This document shows, piece after piece, positions 38,484-52,944 of a stretch of 64,000 nucleotides of DNA (position 1 is its first letter; every line of letters begins with the position of its first letter). This DNA comes from Octopus sinensis (lineage: Eukaryota), in contig NC_043012.1 of NCBI RefSeq assembly GCF_006345805.1, forward strand, positions 28,892,001-28,956,000, written 5' to 3'. A program made the position numbers and the translations under genes. The notes under the pieces were generated by a model. It made no database searches. It worked only from the letters and a program-made list of their open reading frames with translations, and was not told the origin of the DNA.

Positions 38484-38705
38484 TCTTTTACTCTCTTACT
38501 CTTTTGCTCTTTTACTTGTTTCAGCCATTTGACTGCGGCCATGCTGCAGCACCGCCTTTAGTCGAGCAACTCGACCCCGGGATTTATTGGGCTTACAAAT
38601 AAGCCCAGTACTTATTCTATCGGTCTCTTTTTGCCGAACCGCTAAGTGACGGGGACGTAAACACACCAGCATCGGTTGTCAAGCAATGCTAGGGGAACAA
38701 ACACA

Positions 38706-38773
<68 letters not shown>

Positions 38774-38936
38774 CGACAGGCTTCTTTCAGTTTCCGTCTA
38801 CCAAATCCACTCACAAGGCATTGGTCGGCCCGGGGTTATAGCAGAAGACACTTGGCCAAGATGCCACGCAGTGGGACTGAGCCCGGAACCATGTGGCTGG
38901 TTAGCAAGCTACTTACCACACAGCCACTCCTGCGCC

Positions 38937-38937
<1 letters not shown>
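38481..38937 (-). mobile_element. SINE family A, full length
   Basis: Reverse complement of 37161-37554, with a short tandem tail. Confidence 0.85.
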
Positions 38938-39029
<92 letters not shown>

Positions 39030-39059
39030 ATGTATGTATGTATGTATGTATATGTATCT

Positions 39060-39258
39060 ATGTGTGCGTGTCTTTGTGTCCCCCACCAATGCTTGTGTGT
39101 GTTTATGTCCCCATAACTTAGCGTTTCGACAAGACAGACTGATGAAATAAGTACTAGGCTTGAGAAAAAAGTCATGGGGTCGATTTGTTTGACTAAAACC
39201 TTTCATGGAGGTGTCCCAGCACGACCACAGTCAAATGACTGACACAAATAAAAGAAAA
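39060..39258 (+). mobile_element. SINE family A, diverged 3' half
   Basis: AATAAGTACTAGGCTT..GGGGTCGATTTGTTTGACTAA..CAGTCAAATGACTGA. Confidence 0.7.
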
Positions 39259-39520
39259 CTAGATATAAATGAGAGTTTATGTGCTTATGTTTGTGTGTAC
39301 AGTCCCAAAAGCCTTTTAAACTGTGAGTCCTTGAGAAAAATTAATCTGTTTCCTGAAATCTGCGTCCCAAAGAGAAAGCTGTCGTAAATAATAATAAAAA
39401 GAAAATATGATTTGCTACGAGAAATAACTCAATTTTTAGATCAACAAATTTCCTACTCTGTATCTATCACCATCTTTTACGCATTCCCCTCTCTATATAC
39501 TTTTATCACACTCTTTATTA

Positions 39521-39559
<39 letters not shown>

Positions 39560-39904
39560 TATCTCCCTGTATATGTATTATCTTTCACATATGCTGCTCT
39601 CCCTCTCTCTCCTCATACGCTTTCAGTTTGTTCAAAACCTCGTATTCTAATTTTACTTTCATTTTATGAATTACAACTATTACAAACATAACCTGATTTC
39701 TGATTGGATACAAAGCTCTGTGACATTTTTCCAAAAAGTTTTCCGGAATAAATGAATCACAAAATCGGATTCAGCATGAAGAGTACATCAATATATCAAA
39801 TTTGGAAACTTGATTTTAAAATTTCAAAATCTGTAACAACAGAAAATATCTCTCGCTCTATTTGTCTATCGCTTTTATTTTCGTTTTTCACATCATAAAC
39901 TTCT

Positions 39905-39941
<37 letters not shown>

Positions 39942-41830
39942 GTCTTTCTGTCTCGCTCTCTCTCATTCTGCATTTGTATATCGCTCATACTGAGTGTGTG
40001 TGTGTAAGGAATTTCATTAGGGCGACATAGTAATATTAAGATGTTATGCAGGAGATCATTTATTTTAATAGCATGCTTTTCTCTCAGTAAATACGTTTTA
40101 TCTTGAACACACGCGCACCGAGATTCGTTTGGTGGGTGTTAAAAATTTAATTTACAAATTTTTTTCTTATTGCTTAAATCCCAGTGATGGACCAGCCTCG
40201 AGCCAAAGAAAACCGTCACTTTGCATCATCATTCCATAAAATGTATTTATGGAGAGAAAAACGTTGAAAAACGTCAATACATGTTAGAGTGACACAGGAA
40301 CGAGAAAGATACCAGAAATACCTTAAACCACACACCTTTTCGTATGAAAACTATTTTGAAATTATAAACAGAATCAAATAGCAGATTCTGTCTGGCCGTA
40401 TTTAAAAAAAAATTGATAAAAAGCCGAAATTTTAGGATTTATGAGAGGTAGGGGTGGAGTTAATGAAAAAAAATATTTAAAATTTCACTATTGTTTTTAA
40501 ATTTTGATTCAATTTTTTTTTTGCAAACAAAGAAAGTGGAGATTGTAATAGTAATCGCTGATTTTCAAATTTATTTTGTAACCGACAATGCTTCTCCCAT
40601 CGTTTTTAAGTGCAAAAAAAACAAAGAAAAAGAAAATTGGCACAAATTGGTATCGATCAGGGAAGAGAATTCGAAAAAAATCACTAATTTTCAAAACCGA
40701 TTTTTTTTTATCGAAAAGGTCTCTCACATCGATTTTAAGTGCGTTGTGCAAAAAACAAAAAAACAAAAAGAAAAAGGACATTTTTTTTTTTTCATGAAAA
40801 CTTCCTACCATCATTTGTAAGGTTGTGATGATAAAACAATGTTTGGAAAATCCCAGTCAAAACGGAGACTATCAAATTTATGTGGGCGTGCTATTCCGAA
40901 AGTCCGCAGGGCATGCGATTGTGAGAATTGCCCGGCAACGATGGGATACTCAGCTAGTGTGTGTGTGTGTTTATAAATACACACACATATCATACGTATA
41001 TATGTGTGTTATGTATATTTAACAACCACATGTATGTCTATGCGTTCATACAGAAATACGTAAACACCATACCCTTCTATATGTACACACGTTTACCTAC
41101 AATTTATGTACATTTGTAAACACGAACAAACACATAAATTTATACATATATATATCTAGTTGTGTTTATATTTAAAGGTGAGTATGTGTGTGTGTATTTA
41201 CAAACACTGTGTAATACACACACACACATACACACACACAGACAAACACACACACACACACACTTACATTCTCAGCTGTACACAAATATCTCATCGATAA
41301 TCACATATTACTGACTGTCAGGTGCTTGAAATAAAGGCCCTCGCAAACAATAGATTTGATATCATGTTAAATAGAGTCAGTTGGTTGAATAAATCGGCAG
41401 GTGGTTGGGGATGTATGTAGTAAGGAGGGGAATGAAAGGCGTAAGTGGTCAGTTTTATGCTTGTATTGTATTAAATAAAATACAAGTCTCAATGCAAATT
41501 TACTGTGTAGTCAACTGCTGTTCAAACTTGATATCCCAGAAGTTTGTACAATTATCTCTAAGTATTCACAGCAACCCTGGTCACAGTGGTCAAAACAACA
41601 ATAGCAGTTCATTCGACCAACGCACTAATCTTGTTTTGCTTTCGTTTTCATTTTAATCTCCGCCTCCTGGACTTTTGTATCATCGAATCCTAACATTGTT
41701 CTCTCTTGCTTTATTTTTATCCCTTCGAAATTGATTAATATAAAGTAGCGGTGATGTATTCCTGGATGATTCGACCACTAAACTCTTCCGGTAGCTGGGG
41801 CTTCTACCAGAAATCATCGCCCGCGTCTCC

Positions 41831-41831
41831 G

Positions 41832-41919
<88 letters not shown>

Positions 41920-41920
41920 T
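41831..41920. repeat. (ACT)n microsatellite
   Basis: Directly visible. Confidence 0.95.
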
Positions 41921-41964
41921 AATTCTTGTTGCTGTTGTCTCCAATATAATATGCTGATTTTTAC

Positions 41965-42570
41965 ATAAATGCAACAAATCATTGTCTACTGTAACCCAAA
42001 AGTATTCTATTCATATACCAATAAACATAAGACAGCAGTCTCATCCGTTGTTCCACTGATTGATGGTAACATCATTCTGTCCAATGATGCTAAAAAAAAT
42101 GGCAGAAGTACTGTTTTGTCTTTAGTAATCCCACCGAAATTGACTCAAGAGATCTGAACGAACTCAATCCTCAACATAATTTTTTACCATTTCAGACATC
42201 ATGGCAGTAATCAATGAAATCAAGTATTATTCTGCAGAATGCCCTGTTAGACTCCCCACGTGTATTTTGAAGGAATGCAGACACCATCTTGCATCCCCTC
42301 TAACTAGCCTCTAGAGAAATTCTTTGGTCTAAGGCTATGTAACGAAACAGTTCTTATCCCAATCTGTCATCCCAGTTTTCAAAAAGGGAACCATATCTTT
42401 TGCAGTTAACAATCGCCTAATTTCACTCACCTCCCATCCAGTCAAAGTTTTTGTAAGGGTGGTGGGATTAAGGATAACTGGCTTCCCGGAAAGTCACCAT
42501 CTTCTAAATTCCAGCAATATGGCTTTCGCTGCGGCAGGGACTGCCTAGCACAGCATTTACATCACAAGTA
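41965..42570 (+). mobile_element. CR1/L2-group LINE fragment (pre-RT and RT N-terminus)
   Basis: NPKVFYSY, ILKECRHHLASPL, VIPVFKKG..NNRLISLTS..KVF, QYGFR. Confidence 0.75.
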
Positions 42571-42584
42571 CAACCTATCGGTCT

Positions 42585-43475
42585 CACTCTTAGGGTGGAA
42601 GGCTCTGTGTACTGTCTGCAGAAATACTCCATCCTCAGTTGCTCTTTCATTTCCTTCTCCATTATCTCGTTGAACACCAAGCTATTTGTATTCTTCCGTT
42701 TCAATTTGTTTAATCAGATCTCTGTTCGGAAATTCTATCCCTGCTAGGGACTATACCTTGCCCATTTCTGCGTAGATTATTCCACACTCTTGAGTCCAAA
42801 TTCCATTCTAATACTAGTACTAAAACAGTGAACCGTGTTCACCAAGTAACTCACTTGTGTCTCATCTTTGCCATACAGTTTCAAATCACCCATGAAGAGG
42901 AGGTGGTTGATTGTTTGCGATTTTCCCTTTAGTTGGTACTCTAGGTTCATTTTTCTTAAGTACCAAAGTCAGGGTATCACGCAGGGAATCAAAAGCAACG
43001 GAGATAGTCTGTCACTCTGGAAAATCCATCTTCTGATACCCACGGTGCCCAAGCTTTTTCCTTAAGATGTCAGTTCAGTTTTCCATCTCACCATATCTTT
43101 CTTCAGGATGCAGAAGTATACATATATTCAGGGATGTATCAACATTTGAGGTATTTTTTTCTCAAGATATACACACTTCTCAGCAGGGCAATCTTTTGCA
43201 ATTCGTGTGGGCTGGATACTTTGAAAGACTTTCTTTCAATAATGTTTTATGCTACTAAGAGTCGCAGTTATTATCACATCTCTTCTTGGTTTGTAAACAG
43301 CTCTGCAATTTTGAAAGCCTTGTCTCCACATTCTTGAGTTTAGTAACTTTGCTTGATTGCTTGATCGTGGTGTTTCTGTTTACTAAGCATAACATGAGAA
43401 TCATGTGGTGAATCATCTTTTCGTATCTAGAGACTACGGCGTGCTGGTTTGCAGTTCGTCTTAACCCAACATATC
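42585..43475 (-). mobile_element. Second R4/Dong-like LINE RT fragment, degenerate
   Basis: Minus translation GIRRWIFQSDRLSPLL, NHLLFMGDLKLYG, MEFGL. Confidence 0.7.
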
Positions 43476-44665
43476 TCCCAGTAGTTATTCAACTTTTTTG
43501 TGGATTTTAGTCACTTATCAATATTGTGTAGATATAATGCCACATGTTTATTTGGAAGTTAGCATACAGTCGGTTAAAAGAATAAAGGAAATATGTAAAC
43601 GCAAATCAAGTTTTTATAAAGGATTATGAACTGTAAACAAGTGAAAGTATTAAAAACGAATTAAAGTAAAATATATTTAAAATATTACTCAAACTTCAAA
43701 ACTAAAGAAAAAAGTTCCTTATTCAAAGTGGTCTCTAATGTAAAATGAAAGCTTACATACAAATTAATTGGTCAGTGAAGTTCGTGGTAAATAGATTGTA
43801 GTGTATGAATACAAAATCAGTCTCTTGTCCTGGTTGGAAAGGCGAAACATGCTGAATAGTTTGGATAAGCTTTAGACCATTCAAATGTAAATAAAATACT
43901 TATTTCTTTTAAAACAAAAGGCACATTTTATGCAGCGGGGATAATCTAAAAGAAAACCAACGAAGAATGTAATATAGAAACTGTTTATTTATAACACTCG
44001 ACGAATTTGATTTTACCGGTCGCAGTGTTGGTGGTGGCTAGTAAGACGGATCGGTTCTGGTCAAATGATTAATCAAACGATAAGTATATTTTCGAAGTGT
44101 GTACTTATTTATAACACACAAAACTACAGTTTACAAACTCTAAGCTGTAAGGATAATCATTCTACTAATGAGCTGCTGCCAAAATTGTGTAATTTAACTT
44201 CTTAGAGATTGCAAAATGCAAACATGATTGCAAATAGAACAATTCAGATATGGTGTTAATATGGTGTTAATCACTTGGATTTCTGTATCAATATTTATCT
44301 AACGTTTCTTCATTAGAACTTATACAATTTAATTAATTTACACACAATATTAATTAAGTATAGTAGTAGAAAGACCGCTAGTTCCTTGATAATATTTTCA
44401 CATTTGACTCCTATTTCTAATAATTTTTATATTTTACGTCTAATTATTTCTTTGCATAATAGTGCTCGCTTGCTTAGTAAATATTGCTTCGTTATTTTAT
44501 CACAGTCATAATCTCTCTTTTTTTAAACATCACGGCAGTCCAGCAACAGAGGAAGAAGCAGTTTGTCAAGTTTTACCTTCCCCTCAAAGCAACATAAAGA
44601 TTTCAGTTTAGCATCTCATCTATTTGCAGTGTATGTGTGTGTATGTGTGTTGTGTGTGTGTTGTG

Positions 44666-44704
<39 letters not shown>

Positions 44705-45466
44705 TGAGAGAGAGAGAGAGAGAAAGCATTGCAAGAAATAAAAAAAAATGTATAAATAAAAGGACATGACTACAAATCTATCCGCCTCCGACTTTGTTGC
44801 CTCATAACATCCAGAAAAATGGATACTTTTTAACAACATTTTCTACAAATACCGCTTAGTTGTTGTGGCTTCAGAGTATTTAGCGTTTTATGGGAAATAA
44901 TTTTTGCGAGGGGATGGAGAGAGGAGTTTCAGAAAATACACACGATCTGACTTTTTCCCTCATAACTTTCAGGAAGATGGGTATCTTTTAATGACAATTT
45001 ATACAAATCCCTTTCAAATGGTATAGATTACGATAATGAATTTGTGGGGGAAAGGTTTTTCAATATTTCCCCCCATAAATACATTGATATGCTATAAAAA
45101 TGAAAATTTGAGAGATTATGAATTCTTTGCAACCCCACTCCCTGCTCCCAGTTGATTCTCTTCAGAAATGAAAATATTGGAGAGCCTGAGAAGGTCATTG
45201 CTGGCATTTATTCAGAGTTATTTTAAAAGATTACGGAGATGTACTTGCATAGCAAGTGACTTGATCTGAGATCGTGTGCTGAAACGAAAACAACTGCAGC
45301 GTTGGTTTCACTTCAACATTACAACTTCATTTGGATCAAAATATTTTTGTCGCTTTGAAACCATGACCTGTTCACTGACAAAACTTCACAAAAGTGATGC
45401 AGCGTGAAGTTTTATCAGTGAATAGCACACACACACACACACATACATGAAATCACGCACGCACGG

Positions 45467-45500
<34 letters not shown>

Positions 45501-45977
45501 TCATTGCCTTTCGTTTGTGCGTATGTATATCTATGTGTGCGCGCGAGTGTGTTTTAGTGTGTGTGTGTGTTTGGAAACTGTGAATAAAATGCAAGTTTCG
45601 AGACTTGTCGGTCACTTTTTGTTTTTTTCTCCACGTCTTCTAATAGCAATTACCCAACTTTCTATCCCGCGTTAAAAATTTATACGGTTATTTTAAAAAA
45701 AATAATTCAATAAAAATGTTTTTACATTACGTATATATTAATAGCGAATTAAGTGAGACTTTGCAAATGAAAATGAAATACCCTGCTGTGAATCAACGTA
45801 TATTTAAATTTGTGATGAATTGGACGCAGTGAATATTTAAATTTACGAGAAATTGGAGTTAAAAGAACTCAGTAAACTTGAGAAATCGAAATAATAGGAA
45901 ATCCAATAGTACTTTTAATAATTGTTTCGTACCCAATTAATAAGCAGCTTTCTCCACTCTACATATGTACACACAAA

Positions 45978-46256
45978 GGCGCATGACTTAGTGGTTAGGG
46001 CATTCGGTTCACGATCGTAAGTTCAATTCCCAGCGACACGCTGTGTCCTTGAGCAAGATACTTTATATGAGCAGTACTTATATTTCAAAGGGCTAGCCTT
46101 ATCACATTCTGTGTCACGCTGAATCTCCCTGAGAACTACGATATGGGTACAAGTGTCTGTTGAGTGCTTAGGCACTTGCACGTTAATTTCACGAGCAAAC
46201 TGTTCCATTGATCGTATCAGCTGGAACCCACGTCGTCGTAACCGAGACGGAGTGCT
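45978..46256 (+). mobile_element. tRNA-derived SINE (family D)
   Basis: TGACTTAGTGG (A-box-like), GTTCAATTCC (B-box-like) and TGTGTCCTTGAGCAAGATACTT core. Confidence 0.7.
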
Positions 46257-47938
46257 CTATATGTATATGTATATAATTTAAGAACACATACACACATATA
46301 TTAGTTTCAGCAGCGGCCACGCTTTCTAAGGCTTTAGTCAATCAATAGCATAGTATATATTTTATCGATTATATTGTCGAATCACTTGGTTAAGGAAATT
46401 AAAGAGACAAAACAGTGGAAAATCACTTATATTTGAATCGTTGTAAACGCACCACGGACACAACACACATATATATACATACACACACACAACCCACATA
46501 TATACACACAACACACATATATATGTTGCGTGTGTACAGACACACGACACACATACACAGTAAAAAAGACATTATTATATATCTTTTCCTTATTGAAGAT
46601 GGTAGCTGTGATTTAACGGAGATATGTCTGCTACTACAAGCAGATCGAGAACCAGACGGAGACTCTCTCATTCACATTTGTGTGTGTTTGTGAGTGTGCG
46701 CACGCGTGTGTATGCACGCGCGCGTTTGTTTGTGTGTGTGGCGGGGAATATATAAAACATTTAATTTAGATAGAAAGTCCAATGAGAAAAGAATTCACAG
46801 CCTGTGAGATTCACGTATCGTGAATATAAGTAGGGGAATCAATACGAATAAAAGGCGACACAAGTGCGAGTAAAGAAACATTGCCTTAGTTTGTTTTGGT
46901 TAGAGTTTGAGAGAAACAATATATAGAAGGAACAAAAGAAAAATATATTGATGTTAGATATTTTTTTTTAAATAAAGAAAAAAAACAGTGAAGTTTAAAC
47001 ATAAAATATAGAATTACTTCAGCATTTAGACTGGCGTTTCTTGAATGTAACGGGATTGTAACATTAGCTGAGTAAAAGAAGGAAAAAGATCAAGTGTCAT
47101 TTTGCTGTCGTCTCTGCTGCAAGGTATCGTTGACTTATAAGTAGAGAAGAACGACGAAGAAACTTAGTAGGCTACAAAATGCTTTTTTCACGTAGACCAC
47201 ACATTAAAACTTTTCTTAAGGCGGCTACGCTTTGCACGCATTCAATGAAGAGAAGAGAGCTACCACCAACAGCTTCAGTTGGCCGTTATGTTTATTCCGT
47301 CGGGTGAGAATTCTGTTGTAATGTTCCGCAAAGTTTCAATAAGACTGATTGACACTTGCGTTTATTTAATTCTGTAGATCTTTTTTATAAAACCACACTC
47401 CTTCATTTATAAACAACTACCTTCAAGTATATAGTTGTGAGCATGTGTATGTGTTTGAGTGCGTGCGTGTGTGTGTGTGAGTGTGTACATGTGTGTGAGT
47501 GTGTACATTTCTCCCGGTTGGTTTGGATGATGTGGCTGTAAAACCTGTTCTGTGTAAGTATTCGACTTGTTTGGGCACACTTACGTTAAAAAACAATTTT
47601 AGAATGGCTTTTTCTGTCAAAACACTAACCAAAAAAAAAAAAAAAAAATTCCAACCAAGATTCAACCAAATCAAAAAATAAATCCAAATCCTAAGCGACC
47701 ACAGATGAACCATCCTACATCCATTGCGCGCGAACATGCACACATACACAAACACACACATTCACATACCCCCTTTTACATACACACACATATATTCACA
47801 CAGAGTTGAAACGCTGTTTGATATATTTTTCAGCGTACAGTTTTTATCATCCCACTACCAAGTATGACATCACCCCTTCCTTCCCTATTCATCTATAACC
47901 CCTTCCTTTCTCATTCATAAACACAAGAGTATTATTAT

Positions 47939-48790
47939 AGTAGATTATCTCGGTAATCATGTGAGCAATGAAAAATGCAAAGCCCAGCATCACCACCGAA
48001 TTATTCTACACATCTGTGTAATTTTTAGCTCAATTCCACCCAGCCATTTGACCGTGAATGCCAAGACAAGAAAGATCGCCCATGTCAAATTCATATGTAT
48101 AGATTTTACGCTTAAACTATGATCATCTTCGATTGATGTTGTTGTAGACAAACCATTTTTCATCACCAGTGATGATTCGTTTAAAAAAAAAGGTCGATTT
48201 CATTGCGTTTGAGATGCATATCGCAAATATTGATTCGTTGTGTTAAATGGATTTCTTTCAATTTATGTGGAACCCAAAGATCGAGCATCTTAACGGGTTG
48301 AAGAAATTTAAAGTGATTTTCAGTTGTTGAGTGTGATACATTTAACCTCTCTGCGATCTTTCACACAGTTACATGACAACCAGGTTCAATTATGGCCATG
48401 ATTCGGTCATCATCAACTTCAGTATGTCGATCAGAACGTTGATCAACTTTGACTGAAAAATTTCCAGAACTAATTTTTAACCACTTTCTGACATGTGGGT
48501 TCTGTTAAGCAATTAACACCATAAACTTTACATATCTCTTTGTGAGCCTCGGCAGCTTTCTTGCCTTTACAAAAATATAAAAATCAAAATATGGTGAAAA
48601 TGTTCGTTTTTGCACTCCATGTTAAAATTGACACTGAACTAACAGCTGTAAACAAAATTTCGCGCAATTTGCTTCTAAAGTAAGCTAAAAGTAGATTATC
48701 TCGGTAACCATGTGAGCAATGAAAAAATGCAAAGCCCAGCATCACCACCGAATTATTCTACACATCTGTGTAATTTTTAGCTCAATTCCA
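47939..48790 (-). mobile_element. Mariner 5' fragment bracketed by a ~100-bp near-identical direct repeat
   Basis: Minus translation LWVPHKLKE..RINICD..RIITGDEKW. The repeat is at 47939-48038 and 48690-48790. Confidence 0.75.
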
Positions 48791-49037
48791 AATGCCGAAA
48801 GGAAAATATAACAATAATAAAAGTCATTTAAAAAAATCGTAATTCTATCTATTTGCGAAAAACGAAATTACCTTCTTGCCAACCCAATATTTAGAGAGAT
48901 AAATATATATCCGTGTATATGTATGTATGTATGTATGTATGTATGCATGTATACATTCATGTGTGTATGTACATATGTATGTAGCTATGTATTTGTGTAT
49001 GTGTGTGTATTTATATGTATATATATATTATATATAT

Positions 49038-49097
<60 letters not shown>

Positions 49098-49135
49098 GTA
49101 ATGAGAGATAGCCAGACTGACAGATACATAAATAG

Positions 49136-49180
<45 letters not shown>

Positions 49181-49193
49181 AGAAAAGTATATA

Positions 49194-49298
49194 AAGAGGA
49201 GGAACCACGTCCGGTTTCGGCCCCTACTCCTCTACCGTTTTGATGTGGCGCCCCCACCCCCCACTCGTTTCGGAGGTGTCTTCAGCTCTGGTGTTGAG
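49194..49298 (-). mobile_element. Isolated copy of the HERO-like LINE 3' end
   Basis: Reverse-complement match to ~18415-18510 (GCTGAAGACACCTCCGAAA..TAGGGGCCGAAAC..GACGTGGTTCCTCCT). Confidence 0.8.
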
Positions 49299-49385
49299 AT
49301 ATGATATCAGGTTTGGGTGCAGGACGTGTCTTCAAATAGCAGTCGATCGAATTGACTCAAGAAAATATAAAATCAAATAATAATT

Positions 49386-49497
49386 ATATCAACACGTGAT
49401 ACTTCTGAATCCCACATATACACACACACAAGTGCGTATAAGTAAACACAATAACACAAATGCGTGTGTGTGATTTAGAAGTATCACGTGTTGATAT
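49386..49497. repeat. Inverted repeat with ~30-bp arms
   Basis: ATATCAACACGTGATACTTCT / AGAAGTATCACGTGTTGATAT. Confidence 0.8.
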
Positions 49498-49821
49498 ATT
49501 TTATAGCTTTCTAATTTTTATCTATTGTTATATTTGGAGATGGTCATATTCTGTGTGTGTAGACATGATGTATATATTTGAGTTTTGTCGTCTTAATCTA
49601 ATAACTTAATTTCGAAAATTGATTATTAGTGGACCAATTCTGAATTACTTCATTTTTGTGCATATTCTTGTAGTTACTGTTAAATGTATCATTATATTAG
49701 TATTTAATATTAATTACATATCACAAATAAGATGTCTTCATTATACTAAATGGATGAATGTATAAATACACTTATTTAATTTATTAATTAATTGATGATA
49801 ATTATAACAATAATTATATAT

Positions 49822-49959
49822 ATTTCTTTACTACCCACAAGGGGCTAAACATGGAGGGGACAAACAAGGACAGACACACGGATTAAGCTGATTACATCAA
49901 CCCAGTGCGAAACTGGTACTTTATTTATCGACACCGAGAGGATGAAAGGCAAAGTCGAC
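49822..49959 (-). mobile_element. SINE family E, 3' part
   Basis: Matches 58935-59072. Confidence 0.75.
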
Positions 49960-51011
49960 AATAATTATAATGATAAATAGTCTCATTTGACTTGCTAAAT
50001 AAATTTAATAATCAAAATATTAATTATTATGGTATTGTGTAGTTTATAAATTGTATTCTTATTACAACAATGTTGTTTGTTACTTCTGAAAGTATTGATA
50101 GAGTTCATCAAGAACAATCCTTAATACTTGTTTGGTTTATATTAATGATTTCTATCCATTCCTTAAATTCTCCCTTCAATAATATACGAATAACAATCAT
50201 TATTTAAGTAACTTCAAATCTGGTTACCCCTAAAAAATTAGTAAATTTGATTTCCATTACTATAGCCAAAATATATATCTATGAGGTACTTTGGTTATCG
50301 CCTTAAGTTTATATCAATGTTTATTACGGAATTCTCCCTACGATAAATTAAGTCAAAAAAAAAAACAGATTTTATTAGGTTTCTAGTCATATCTACGACG
50401 GAATTATCCCTCCGAGAAAACAATAATTATATAAGAATATTGTTAATTAATTTAAACAATAATTTTTCATATCAATTAATTTAAATAAATAGAAGAGTGT
50501 TTGTATTGAAGATGTAATTGTTTATATATTATTTTTGTTGCAGTTATACATAGAGGAAGACTTAGATACTTAATTATATGCATATATGTACACACCTATC
50601 TTATTGTTGTATGTTGTGGTAACGTGGGACTTTCTTGGACATGAACGGGTTTTGATTGATATGTATTTGAGATGTTATGAAGTGAATTTCGATGGTCGTT
50701 GATTGCACTTACTTGACTGTATCGTCCGTTAGAGTGTTTTTGTTATTTTTTAATTGTAATTGATGTAAGATTGAATTGTTAACGCTCACGCTCATCACAC
50801 AGATATTTGAATTAATTTTTACAATCCAGCCGTCCTTTCACATGGAATTTCGTCTATCTTAAACCATGACCCCGAAGTGACATATATATAACGGAACTGT
50901 TATTGTGTATGTATATCAGAAAATGTATATAAGTCGAAACAATTTGTTGAACTTTTATAGTTTTTTAATAAATGTTTATGTTATATAATATTATGTTATA
51001 TTATGTTCTCA

Positions 51012-51420
51012 GTTGTTGTTGTTGGCATCCTTTTTGTCTCGGGAGACAATGGAGTTGCACATAAAATAATCTAGTCCGGCTTTTACATTTCATGTCCTAA
51101 TACATCTTCTGCTGTGGCTGTGTAGTCCTATCCTGGACAAACACTCCCTCTGGCAGCTGCTGCAAATATAGCGAAGACTGGCTGGTTGTAATGTCATAGT
51201 TTCTTCTTGAAGTCTTTTCTTGTTCCATTTCTCCTCTCTCTCTGTCACTCCTTTGTGTTCCCTCTTTTACGGTACGTCATCAATCTCCACGGTTGCTGGC
51301 AACTGCTTCGCAGTTGCTAATATTGATGTCGCAGGCCTTCATAAGAAGGGTCTTCGTAAGAACGGTCTTCCCACAGACCTAGTGCCCCTAGCAAGCTCTC
51401 CGTAGAATATGTTCACAGCA
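51012..51420 (-). mobile_element. RTE-clade (BovB-like) LINE 3' fragment with (CAA)n tail
   Basis: Minus translation IFYGELARGTRSVGRP..MKACDINI. (GTT)n at 51013-51024. Confidence 0.7.
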
Positions 51421-51685
51421 TATCATGTAATATAATATAAATATAAATAAATTATTGGATTGTCAATAGTATCTTTCTATTTAATTTATATTTGTAATTG
51501 CATTACACACATATTTATATGGTAGTCAACTGACGTACCAGTGAATTGGATGTTTAGCACACCCCTCCGAAGGATCTTTTCCTCAGTTTGTTACTTTATA
51601 TATATATATATATATTATAATATATATATATATATATATACATACATATACACATACATACATACATACTACATACATACATACA

Positions 51686-51828
<143 letters not shown>

Positions 51829-51869
51829 TGTATGTATGTGTATATGTATGTATATATATATATTATATA

Positions 51870-51916
<47 letters not shown>

Positions 51917-51923
51917 ATATATA

Positions 51924-52070
51924 CTTTATTTAAAGCAGCAGAAAATTCAACAAAACCTGTTACAGGTTTTGTTGAATTTTCTGCTGCTTTAAATAAAGCA
52001 TATTACTCTACCACTGGTATTTGAGTACTCTTTTTTCCACCTTGTTTCACATTTATGTGTTTACTCCGGT
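51924..52070 (+). mobile_element. Second copy of the 24-kb fold-back element, with 37-bp arms and no hammerhead core
   Basis: Arms 51924-51960 and 51962-51998. The tail is the reverse complement of 23921-23991. Confidence 0.85.
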
Positions 52071-52283
52071 ATTATATATATATATATAAATAATATAAAT
52101 TAGAGAAAAAACACTATTATGCAATTCAAACAATGATAGACATAAACCAAATCATAAATAAAAAATAAAATATATTTTTATAAAACATGTAACTAGATCA
52201 CAAAAAGTATAAAAATGAATAATAAATATATAATAAGTAATATATAATAAGTAATATTGCATAATAGTGGTTTTTCTCTAATT

Positions 52284-52364
<81 letters not shown>

Positions 52365-52365
<1 letters not shown>

Positions 52366-52859
52366 TAGCAGTATCGCCCGGCGTTGCTCGGGTTTGTAAG
52401 GGAAATAACTATATAAGCATTTTTAGAGAGTTACTTCCCTTATAGATGCCAATTCGGGCTTTCTTAGCCATTTCTGTTTTGGTGTCTTCAAGCCATGAAG
52501 TCGTTGTTCTAAAAGAACGCTGGTCTCCTTGACAACGCTTTACGACGTTGATTTCCTTACACTCCCTTCCCCACAGCTTCACGAGGGAGGGAAGAAGGGG
52601 GAAAAGCAAACAGGTGCATGGACGCCAACTCCGCCGCCATCGACACACGAAAAATTATGCATTAAAATGGAATAAAAAATTATGTTAAATTATTTTTAAA
52701 ATCGTAGACTCATCGTTGACGCGCGCTAATACTCAGACGGGCTCGATATGAATCACAACTATAAGATACCCGAATTTGTTTTAAACTGCACCGCAAAATG
52801 TGGGAGTAGTTAGGAATCTAAATCGAAGGGGACAGACACTCACACAACTACAGTTTTAT

Positions 52860-52865
<6 letters not shown>
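52365..52865 (-). mobile_element. Non-autonomous Helitron
   Basis: 3' CTAG preceded by the hairpin CCCGAGCAACGCCGGG. 5' end TATATAAAA..TGTCTGTC. Confidence 0.8.

Positions 52866-52944
<79 letters not shown>

Noticed and set aside
39700-40800. Possible non-autonomous DNA transposon remnants
   Set aside because: Could not define TIRs, TSDs or coding motifs by eye.
47340-47392. Minus-strand TATAAAA plus TCAGT initiator-like pair
   Set aside because: Spacing is about 43 nt rather than about 30, in AT-rich sequence.
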